Source: a virus (lineage: Duplodnaviria; Caudoviricetes). From it: a stretch of DNA of 64,000 nucleotides. The stretch covers positions 47,328 to 111,327 of IMG/VR virus record IMGVR_UViG_3300031992_000039. One strand, given 5' to 3'. Of the stretch, positions 8,206 through 16,467 are shown one piece after another. Numbering within the stretch: position 1 is the first letter of the stretch; the number at the start of each line of letters is the position of its first letter. Position numbers and translations under genes: made by a program. The notes under the pieces were generated by a model, which worked only from the letters and a program-made list of their open reading frames with translations, ran no database searches and was not told the origin of the DNA.

Positions 8206-9312
8206 TTAATTTTCTCCAAAAATCCTGTACCAATCAGTGTCTCGTGCAGTCAAATCTGGACGCCAATTTTTAAATTTCGGATGGCGAATACCCTTTGTTT
8301 CTCCAAAAACTTGCATTCCGGTTATCTCAGCCACTCTTCCCTTATAATCCCTCCAATTAGAAAGGACTTCTTCTGTAAGTCCACTTAATGAGCCAATCAC
8401 AACAAGTTTATCATCCTTTTTCGCACCTATAACCAAACTTCCAGCCCAATCATTCCAATAAGCCTTAGTAACTGGTTCGATAGACATACCATCACTATAT
8501 TCTTTATAGAGTTCTCCTTCTAACTTTTCACCTGTTCGTATATTTTCCCAATACTTCCAAGTTAGGATCTCTTTTCCTCCATATAAGCGTGTAGGTGGAT
8601 TCGCATCAAGTATAACTACATCAAGAGTCTCTTGAAGCTCTTTTTTAATTTTTATACTGACTTTGGCCGGAGTTCTTTTTTGGTATACAATAGCATCCTT
8701 TCTCATTATCACTACCCCTTCCTTACCTTCAGATAGATAAGTTTGAATATTTTCCCAAAGTTCTTCACCCTGATAATATTCGGCATATTGTATATAACTA
8801 GAACCATATTTTTTACTTATTTCTTTTAGAATGTGTACCCTATCCTTAAATTTTGTATAAAGATAATTTTCTCCACTATATGCCATTACATCAAAAATAT
8901 AAAAGTTTAATGGAGTCTTTTCTTGACGAAGGATAGCTTTATCTTTTAGACATCCTAAAATACTCGTAACTTTATTACTACCCTCATTATTTGGTAAATA
9001 ACACTCACTTAACAAACAAGTGCCATTGGGCAGATCTTTTAACCAATCTGTTAATTGCGGAACCCATTCAATTTTATTGACCACTTCCCCGTGTACATTT
9101 CGTGATCTAGCTATCATGAAACAATTACCATCTTCATCTTTAATAATTCTTTGATAATAACCGTCTACTTTAAGTGCACCAATATAGTCTAGGCTAAAAA
9201 TTGCATTTTTAACTATTTCATGCCTTTGTTGCTGTGAGGTAGATGTCGTAAATGACCAATATTTCATTGGTTCTATATTTATCCAATCAATATTATTTAT
9301 ATATCCTTTCAT
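8206..9312 (-). CDS. ATP-dependent DNA ligase
   Basis: KVDG motif I, FDVM, EGVVIM, KIK, RHPKF...RPD. Confidence 0.88.
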   Translation of the reverse strand: MKGYINNIDWINIEPMKYWSFTTSTSQQQRHEIVKNAIFSLDYIGALKVDGYYQRIIKDEDGNCFMIARSRNVHGEVVNKIEWVPQLTDWLKDLPNGTCLLSECYLPNNEGSNKVTSILGCLKDKAILRQEKTPLNFYIFDVMAYSGENYLYTKFKDRVHILKEISKKYGSSYIQYAEYYQGEELWENIQTYLSEGKEGVVIMRKDAIVYQKRTPAKVSIKIKKELQETLDVVILDANPPTRLYGGKEILTWKYWENIRTGEKLEGELYKEYSDGMSIEPVTKAYWNDWAGSLVIGAKKDDKLVVIGSLSGLTEEVLSNWRDYKGRVAEITGMQVFGETKGIRHPKFKNWRPDLTARDTDWYRIFGEN

Positions 9313-9335
9313 ATTGCCTCCTTTTATATATAAAT

Positions 9336-9364
9336 ATTATATAACTTTTTTGATAAAATTTCAA
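9336..9364 (-). promoter_or_regulatory. sigmaA-type promoter of the ligase
   Basis: TTGAAA-N17-TATAAT. Confidence 0.7.
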
Positions 9365-9426
9365 AATTTCAACATTTTTATGTATAACTAGCTGGACAAA
9401 TTCACTTTAATATAGGAGGTGATAGA

Positions 9427-10263
9427 ATGGGTTACATTTATAAAATCACAAATTTAATTAATAATAAATTATATATAGGGAAAACAGTAACCTCTATAGC
9501 ACATCGTTGGGATCAACATAAATCTGCCGCCAGAAATGGAGTAGAATGGGCCTTATATAAAGCAATTAGAAAATATGGAGAGGATAATTTTAGTATAGAG
9601 ATGATCGAAGAAGTAGATGATAATAGTTTAAGTAATAGAGAAATATATTGGATTAATTATTATAATTCTTATAAAAATGGATATAATATGACATTAGGAG
9701 GAGATGGGAGAATAAATTTGAACCGTAATAAAATAATAGAATTATGGAATAATGGATGTTCAGCTCAAACTATTAGTAAAAATTTAAATTGTTGGGTAAG
9801 TACCGTTATAGATATTTTAAAAGAACAAAATATATATGATCCCGAAAGAATTAAAAAAGAAAGAATGATTAATACTGCCAATTCGCAATCACAACATAAA
9901 ATTATTCAATATAGTGAAAATGGGGAAATTATAAATATTTTTAATTCTTGTAAGGAGGCTGCGGAACATATAGGTGGGCTTTCAGACACAATACATGGTG
10001 GAATAACTACTAAAGGAAGTCGCTATGGTTATTATTGGGCGTATGAAGATGCTAAAGAACTACCTAATTTTAAACCAATTAAAAGATCTATTATAAGAGA
10101 AGTATATCAATATTCTTTAAATGAAGATTTTATAAATTGTTTTAATAGCGCAGCAGAAGCACAAAGAAAAACAAATATTAATAGCTCTTCAATTTTAAGA
10201 GTGTGTAAAGGACAACGAAAAACTGCTGGTGGATATAAATGGAGCTATGATTTAATAGAATAA
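9427..10263 (+). mobile_element. free-standing GIY-YIG homing endonuclease with NUMOD1-like C-terminal repeats
   Basis: GYIYKITN...LYIGKT...R...E...GYN; two QYS...F.S..EA repeats; TAGGYKW end. Confidence 0.88.
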
Positions 10264-10330
10264 AACCCTTCATATCTATACTCCTTCTATTTTATATATA
10301 GATTATACCATAGATTTAAAAGAAGTTCAA
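10259..10330 (-). pseudogene. vestigial ligase 5' end (promoter, RBS, MKGFI)
   Basis: TTGAAC-N17-TATAAT, AAGGAG, ATG AAG GGT TTT ATT, matching the ligase start MKGYI. Confidence 0.6.
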
Positions 10331-10404
10331 ATTTTTAAATATTAATTAACCTCAAGAGCTTCATCAGATAGAAGTGAGCGGTATTCTCTTTTTCTTTAAA
10401 AAAT

Positions 10405-10433
10405 TTGAAATCTATTTAAAAATATATTATAAT
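10405..10433 (+). promoter_or_regulatory. sigmaA-type promoter
   Basis: TTGAAA-N17-TATAAT. Confidence 0.7.
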
Positions 10434-10465
10434 ATAAATAGAAATAAAATAGGAGTTTTATATAA

Positions 10466-11488
10466 ATGAAGGACATTAATTATATAGTTGGATTTGTTTT
10501 AAGTGGAATTATAATACTTATAACTTTAATTGCCTATATATCTGAAAAAAGAAAATTTAAAAAACTTAATAAAGAAATAAAAGAAGAAAAAGAAAAAATT
10601 CAAGAAGATTGGCTTAAAGAAGCACAACAAAAATATCTTTTTGAAATTCAAGATAAAATAAATGAGTTAAACTCTATAGAAGAAAAAATAAAAGAAAAAG
10701 AAAACGAAATAATTAAAGTAGAAAAAGAGCTTTCCGAGAAGAAAAATTTTAATTCTTCCCTTTTAAAAATTCGAGAAGAAGAATTAAATAGATTAATTGA
10801 AGAGAAGCGTCAAAAGCGTGAGAGTGAACTTGAATTTGAAATTGAGGAATGGGCGCAATCTGCGCAAGAGGCCGCCACATATCAGCGCGACCAAATTTTT
10901 AAGCAATATCAAAAAGATATTGACGAACAATATGAAAAATTAAGAAATCTTTATCTTGAAATTAATGAATATAAAGAAAAGCGCGACGCTATGAATCAAG
11001 AAATTATGCGCGCTCGTGCAATCGAAGAAAAACAGGACTTTTATCGAATTCAAATTCCGGATGGATATCGTCATGATATAGAACTCTTAAATGAAATTCG
11101 TTCCCAATTTTCAAAAATTGAAATTCTTGATAAACTTATTTATGATAATTATATAAAAAAGCCAGTTGATGAAATGATAAAGAGAATTCTTGGCGGACGC
11201 GCTCCATCTGGTATATATAAAATAACCCGTTTGAAGACTGGGGAGGTTTATATAGGTAAGTCTACTGATGTAAAAACTAGAATTCAACAACATTGTAAAA
11301 CTTGCTATCATTGTGGTACAATAAGTCGTTCTACTCTTCACGATGTAATGGATAGAGATAAAATTTGGAATTTTACTTTTGAACTTTTAGAAGAAGTTCC
11401 AAAAGAAAAACTCGGAGAAAGGGAAAAATATTGGATTAATTTTTATGATTCTAAAAAATTTGGGCTTAATGAAAAAAATGGAGGATAA
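10466..11488 (+). CDS. membrane-anchored coiled-coil protein with C-terminal GIY-YIG nuclease
   Basis: N-terminal TM, long E/K-rich coil, SGIYKIT...YIGKS...R...EKYWI...GLN. Confidence 0.8.
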   Translation: MKDINYIVGFVLSGIIILITLIAYISEKRKFKKLNKEIKEEKEKIQEDWLKEAQQKYLFEIQDKINELNSIEEKIKEKENEIIKVEKELSEKKNFNSSLLKIREEELNRLIEEKRQKRESELEFEIEEWAQSAQEAATYQRDQIFKQYQKDIDEQYEKLRNLYLEINEYKEKRDAMNQEIMRARAIEEKQDFYRIQIPDGYRHDIELLNEIRSQFSKIEILDKLIYDNYIKKPVDEMIKRILGGRAPSGIYKITRLKTGEVYIGKSTDVKTRIQQHCKTCYHCGTISRSTLHDVMDRDKIWNFTFELLEEVPKEKLGEREKYWINFYDSKKFGLNEKNGG

Positions 11489-12538
11489 ATGGAATTTTCA
11501 AAATTACAAGAAGAGGTATTGAGAGCGCCAGACGATAAAATTGTTGTGATGTCATGCGCGGCTTCGGGCAAAACGACTATTATGACAGAGAAAACTCGGC
11601 GTTTATTGCGCGCAGGTGTATCGCCTAAAGATATGGCAGTTATCACATTCACGACAATGGCTGCGACAGAATTGCGTCAACGACTCGGAGATGATTACAA
11701 AGATGGGCTATTTGTAGGTACAATCCACGCTCTTGCAAATTATTTTCTCTTATCCTCTGGAATAGATACAAAAGATCTTTTAGATGAAGAGAACTTTGAT
11801 AAACTTTTTGATAGAGTCGCGCACAATCCACGCTGTATAAAAAGTATAGATTACATAATTCTCGATGAGGCACAGGACACGGATAAGCTCCAATTTAAAT
11901 TTTTACTTGAAATGATAAACCCACGACACTTCTTTATAGTCGGTGATGTGCGCCAATCTATTTATAGATGGAGAGCGGCGCGCCCTGACCTTTTACTTGA
12001 AATAATGAAGAGATCGGATGTGCGAGTTTTTGATATGAATGAAAATTATCGAAATGGGTCTAATATTCTAATGTTTGCTAAAGGGCTTATAAGTCCTACT
12101 GGTCTTAATGATACATCAATCTCACGCAGTCCGCAAAAAGGGGAAGTTATACGAACCTCATACTCACCCACTCAAATTATAGAAATTTTACGAGAAAGCC
12201 CCGACCTCTATAAAGATTGGGCGATTCTAACTCGCACAAACAAAGAAATTTGGGATATATCTATAGTTTTGAAAAAGAACGGGATTCCTTTTGAAACTTT
12301 TAAACAAGGAGATCTTTCAAAAGATGAATTATTGGAGAAGATGGAAAAGAATACAGTTAAATTATTAACTGTTCATAGCGCGAAAGGGTTAGAGTGGAAG
12401 AATGTAATTGTTATTGGGATGAAGTATTATGATGATGAAGAGAGAAGTGTATGTTATGTAGCCGCGACAAGAGCAAAAGAACGACTTATATGGATGGGTT
12501 ATCCACCTAAAAGTAGAAAGAATAGGTATAGTTTTTAA
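11489..12538 (+). CDS. compact UvrD/Rep-like SF1 helicase
   Basis: AASGKT, TFT, DEAQD, GDVRQSIY, NYR, TVHSAKGLEW, YVAATRA. Confidence 0.9.
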   Translation: MEFSKLQEEVLRAPDDKIVVMSCAASGKTTIMTEKTRRLLRAGVSPKDMAVITFTTMAATELRQRLGDDYKDGLFVGTIHALANYFLLSSGIDTKDLLDEENFDKLFDRVAHNPRCIKSIDYIILDEAQDTDKLQFKFLLEMINPRHFFIVGDVRQSIYRWRAARPDLLLEIMKRSDVRVFDMNENYRNGSNILMFAKGLISPTGLNDTSISRSPQKGEVIRTSYSPTQIIEILRESPDLYKDWAILTRTNKEIWDISIVLKKNGIPFETFKQGDLSKDELLEKMEKNTVKLLTVHSAKGLEWKNVIVIGMKYYDDEERSVCYVAATRAKERLIWMGYPPKSRKNRYSF

Positions 12539-12543
12539 AATAA

Positions 12544-12569
12544 AAAAGAAAGGTTTGAACCTTTCTTTT
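12544..12569. terminator. bidirectional intrinsic terminator
   Basis: AAAAGAAAGGTT TG AACCTTTCTTTT between convergent genes. Confidence 0.7.
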
Positions 12570-12585
12570 ATTTTTAGATTTTATT

Positions 12586-12801
12586 TTACGCCTTAGCTGA
12601 TTCTTCTTGTTTGGACTGGTTAAATTTTTGAAAGATTGCTTTTATAATTGCGGGATTCACATTATTAGGTGTTTCAAGCACATAAGTAATTATCGCATCT
12701 TCTAATGAAAGAACTACTTCCGCTGCCGCTTCCTGCACCACTTCAGGCTCACTTTCGAGGCCTGGAGCATTGTCATCTATTTCAAATTCTCTTTCTTCCA
12801 T
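12586..12801 (-). CDS. small acidic protein carrying the YVxxTPxNxNPA motif
   Basis: IITYVLETPNNVNPAIIKAI; RBS GAGG upstream. Confidence 0.65.
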   Translation of the reverse strand: MEEREFEIDDNAPGLESEPEVVQEAAAEVVLSLEDAIITYVLETPNNVNPAIIKAIFQKFNQSKQEESAKA

Positions 12802-12876
12802 TTAATTTTCCTCCTATATAAAATTTTATTACTTTTTCTCTTCATTTCGGATGGGACATCGAGATTAATCAAAAGA

Positions 12877-14100
12877 TTAACCCAAACAGAAGCCGGGCAC
12901 AACACCGTTAGCATTGGAAGCATCGTCGCCGCCGCCGCTACCGTCACCGAAGACGATCCCGAAGCCGCTGGCACCAGTCTTCTCGTCGAAAAAGCCAGAT
13001 CGCAACCGCCAGAAAATTGGACTACTATCCAGCAAATTAGGTTTGCGTCTAATTCGAGTTGACGGGCTATACACTGGACCGGTAGATTCGTAGATGCCAA
13101 ATATCTCACGAGTTGACGGTATCCAAATAGTTTCCACAGACGACATCTCAGTGAATACTTCACCGGATGCAGTAAATCCGATGCTATGTTTCACAACGGG
13201 AGTGAGATTAGTTCGCACAACTTCAGGTAGCAGTGCTTTAATGGTTGTATCGAGGTATGTTTTCATTTCAGACGCAGGATAACCGCCTAAACAACCCGTA
13301 CCCGAAGTACCTGCTGAATACGCCGGATTCATTCGATGTGTAGTTGTAAGGGCCTGTTTCGCAAGGAATGAAAGCGGAACTACATCACCATTCTCTTTGA
13401 CATCCTTATCAATTCCGACAATTTCATATCTGATAGTACCTTCAGCACCCATGTCGATCGTTTTGTAGTCATGCAGGTGATACTTTGTCGCATAAGTGCC
13501 GTCCTGTGTCGCTGAAATTATCTGTTCCCAAGTATCTGTGATTTCTACTCCCGCGTCTTCACCGTAATGGATAATAGCGTTAGTGGCTCCCCAAGGAGCT
13601 CCCGCAACTGCACCACTTGCCCATGGGACATATATATCAGCTAATGCTGTAAGTCCTTGGAACGCTAGGTTAGAAATGAATGAAGGAGTTCCGCGGAATG
13701 TGACAGACGCGAGCGCTGTATCTCCGCTGAACGCCTTCTCCGAGATCTGGACACAATTAGCGGGAATAGTGAAGGAAGTAAGCGCGGTCAATCCTGCCAG
13801 ACCGCCTAACGCGATTCCATACAAGTTATCGCATTCTAGTTGAGTCATGTGAGACAACTCGAGTGTAGGAAGAACTAATCCGTTGATTCCGGTTCCGTAC
13901 GTACCAATGTACGCTGAATTGACAACAGCACCCTTAGTGATGTTACCGCTGGAATCCTTCTCAAGCGCAACAAATCCACGAACGGACGATGTATCGCCAC
14001 ACTCTTCTGGTAAATTATCTACTAAACTTTTTAAGACCGCATAGTTTGTATTATGAGGTGTATTCATTACATAATTTATAACTTCTTCTTTTGTACTCAC
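12877..14100 (-). CDS. adhesin-like protein: N-terminal YVMNTPHNTN motif, BspA-type LRRs, C-terminal DUF6273/C-type-lectin-like domain with DGR-type variable region
   Basis: LTSFTIPANCVQISEKAFSG LRRs, IYVPW...GAPWGA cap; WRLRS...F..V..DG...ASNANGVVPGFCL end. Confidence 0.8.
   Translation of the reverse strand: MSTKEEVINYVMNTPHNTNYAVLKSLVDNLPEECGDTSSVRGFVALEKDSSGNITKGAVVNSAYIGTYGTGINGLVLPTLELSHMTQLECDNLYGIALGGLAGLTALTSFTIPANCVQISEKAFSGDTALASVTFRGTPSFISNLAFQGLTALADIYVPWASGAVAGAPWGATNAIIHYGEDAGVEITDTWEQIISATQDGTYATKYHLHDYKTIDMGAEGTIRYEIVGIDKDVKENGDVVPLSFLAKQALTTTHRMNPAYSAGTSGTGCLGGYPASEMKTYLDTTIKALLPEVVRTNLTPVVKHSIGFTASGEVFTEMSSVETIWIPSTREIFGIYESTGPVYSPSTRIRRKPNLLDSSPIFWRLRSGFFDEKTGASGFGIVFGDGSGGGDDASNANGVVPGFCLG
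12880..13015 (-). other. candidate DGR variable region (VR)
   Basis: 18 of 28 consecutive codons end in C, in an AT-rich genome, between fixed W..RS, F, V, G, A, GV.PGFC positions; TAATCT repeated at and after the stop. Confidence 0.65.
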
Positions 14101-14169
14101 TTATTTTTCCTCCTAATTTAATCTATCTCATATATAAAAGTAGATTTCAAAGCCATTTACTCTATAAAT

Positions 14170-14198
14170 TTGAAATTTCCTTAAATTTATATTATAAT
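14170..14198 (+). promoter_or_regulatory. sigmaA-type promoter
   Basis: TTGAAA-N17-TATAAT. Confidence 0.7.
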
Positions 14199-14243
14199 AT
14201 ATATAGAATATAAAAGAATTATATTAAAAGGAAGTAAATACTA

Positions 14244-16088
14244 ATGAGTTATGGTATAGACGATATAAAATCGCTTTCATTTCGCGATGGTGTGCGCGAG
14301 CGCATACAGATGTATCTTGGAAGTGATGACCTTGAAGGAACATATCAGGCTTTTAAAGAAATTATAAATAATTCTACTGATGAAGCAATTGCGGGATTCG
14401 GTAAGAAAATTGAAATTTCAGTAGATGAAAAGGTAAATGATATAAAAATTCGTGATTATGGCCGTGGGGTTCCTTTTGGAATTAGAGAAGATGGAGAAAA
14501 TGTACTTGTATCAATCTATTCAAAATCCCACACAGGCGGAAAATTTGAGGAAGGCGCGTACAAGAACGCATCGGGTCTCAATGGTATAGGAGCTAAATGC
14601 GTATGTTTAAGCGCAAAAGAGTTCCAAGTTTTTTCTTTTAGAAGTGGGACTTTAGGATTTGCTTATTTTAAGAAAGGTGAACTTGTAGAATATAAAGAAG
14701 TGCCCACTAATGAGCCTAATGGTACGCTTATTCATTTTATACCTGATCCCGAAGTTTTTAAGACTGGAGAAATTGGATACTCGTATGAAAGAATTTGTAA
14801 TGACATAAAAAATATATCTTATTTATATAGCGGTATAACTTTTGAAATTACAAATGCTGTGACTAAAGAAGTAAAAACTTATTGTGCAAAAAATGGTATA
14901 GTAGATTATATACGAGATAATGTACCCAATCCTCTTCATAAGCATATTATAACCGAAGTAGTAGAAGATGAAACTGATCGTCTTGAAATTGCTTTTCAAT
15001 GGGGTAGTAAAAAAGAGGAGTCACGCGTATTCGTAAATGGACTTCTTTGCCCAGAAGGCGGCAGTCCTATAACTGGAGCAAAAACAGCAATAACTCGTAC
15101 ATTTAATTCACTCTCCAAACAAAACTTCGATGGCGATAGTATAAGAGAAAATTTATTTTATGTAATAAATTGCTCTGTTGCCCAGCCCAGTTTTGCAAAT
15201 CAAACAAAAACAAAAATTAATAATACAAATTTACGCACAATGGCGTCAAATGCTTTTTCAAATGCGTTAAAACAAATGAATTTAAAGTATAAAGATGAAT
15301 TCGATACTATTGTAGAATTACTAAAAAAGGTCGCTCGCGCAGAGGCCGCCGCAGAGAAGGCGCGTCAGCAAGTTTTGAACGCAACAAAAGAAATTGAGAA
15401 GAATCAGAAGAAGAAAGTTTTCGCATCAGATAAGTTGAAGGATGCAGAGTTTTTAGGTGAAGATTCTACTTTACTTCTTGTTGAGGGATTAAGTGCTGCC
15501 TCTTCAATGGCGCAGGCGCGCGATGAGAAAAAATATGGAATTCTCGCACTTCGTGGTAAGCCAATAAACGCTTTCTCAAATCCCGATGAGAAGATTTACG
15601 AAAATGAAGAAGTTAAATTGCTTTTGAGCGCGATGAACATCATACCGGGCAAATACAACGCATCTAAGTTGCGCTATGGAAAGATTGGCATAACCGTTGA
15701 TGCAGATGCGGACGGGTACTCAATCGGGCTTCTTATAATGTGTCTTTTGTATAAGTTCGCACCACAATTTATAGAAGAGGGACGCTTATGTTGGCTTAGA
15801 TCGCCGCTTTATATTGTTTCGTCTGGAAAGAAAGAATATTATTATTTTACAGATGAAGAATATAATAAGCGTACAGTAAAAGGCGTCACAACTCGCGCGA
15901 AGGGATTGGGCGCTTTGTCCGCGGACCAGGCTCGTCGTTCCATGTTTACAGAAGAATTCCAGCGTATGGATAAGCTTATGCCAGATGAAGAATCTTTGAA
16001 CTTATTGCTTGATTTAATGGGTAAGGATTCCGAGCCAAAGCATAACTTTATTTGGGATAATATAGATTTTTCGGAGATAAAGGAGTGA
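14244..16088 (+). CDS. gyrB: DNA gyrase / type IIA topoisomerase subunit B
   Basis: EIINNSTDE, DYGRGVP, HTGGKF, GLNGIG, VEGLSA, LRGKPIN, DADADG. Confidence 0.93.
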   Translation: MSYGIDDIKSLSFRDGVRERIQMYLGSDDLEGTYQAFKEIINNSTDEAIAGFGKKIEISVDEKVNDIKIRDYGRGVPFGIREDGENVLVSIYSKSHTGGKFEEGAYKNASGLNGIGAKCVCLSAKEFQVFSFRSGTLGFAYFKKGELVEYKEVPTNEPNGTLIHFIPDPEVFKTGEIGYSYERICNDIKNISYLYSGITFEITNAVTKEVKTYCAKNGIVDYIRDNVPNPLHKHIITEVVEDETDRLEIAFQWGSKKEESRVFVNGLLCPEGGSPITGAKTAITRTFNSLSKQNFDGDSIRENLFYVINCSVAQPSFANQTKTKINNTNLRTMASNAFSNALKQMNLKYKDEFDTIVELLKKVARAEAAAEKARQQVLNATKEIEKNQKKKVFASDKLKDAEFLGEDSTLLLVEGLSAASSMAQARDEKKYGILALRGKPINAFSNPDEKIYENEEVKLLLSAMNIIPGKYNASKLRYGKIGITVDADADGYSIGLLIMCLLYKFAPQFIEEGRLCWLRSPLYIVSSGKKEYYYFTDEEYNKRTVKGVTTRAKGLGALSADQARRSMFTEEFQRMDKLMPDEESLNLLLDLMGKDSEPKHNFIWDNIDFSEIKE

Positions 16089-16092
16089 AGAT

Positions 16093-16467
16093 ATGCAATT
16101 TATTCGATATGATCTGGATTATAATCCTAATCCTTTACACCCTCAAGAGGCAATTAAGGAATTAGGTTTTAAAGTAATTCATGGCGTACCCCAGTCTATA
16201 TATAGCTGTTGGTGGTTTTGCGTAGAAGATTATGATTTTAATATCGAAGAAAGGGCAAAAACTGATTATAGGTATAAATATGTCTCAGTAATGCTTCCTT
16301 ATTCATTAAAATATTGGCGTGATCATTGCTTTAATAATTGTGAATATTTTGAAAAATCTTTTAATGTACAAACCCAAACTCATAATTGGGAATGGTGTTG
16401 TTATGGAGGCGAGCGTTGTTTTAAAGAAGGAGATAAAAATGGAACAAAATTTAACACCGATAATTAA
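16093..16467 (+). CDS. hypothetical Cys/Trp-rich protein between the gyrase genes
   Basis: 124 aa, RBS AAGGAG, overlaps the gyrA start. Confidence 0.6.
   Translation: MQFIRYDLDYNPNPLHPQEAIKELGFKVIHGVPQSIYSCWWFCVEDYDFNIEERAKTDYRYKYVSVMLPYSLKYWRDHCFNNCEYFEKSFNVQTQTHNWEWCCYGGERCFKEGDKNGTKFNTDN

Noticed and set aside
12777-13843. Alternative-frame ORFs inside the adhesin gene, and similar shadow ORFs in gyrA, the SSB-like gene, TMP and tube genes
   Set aside because: They lie within well-supported genes in locally GC-richer sequence and have no RBS or motifs.
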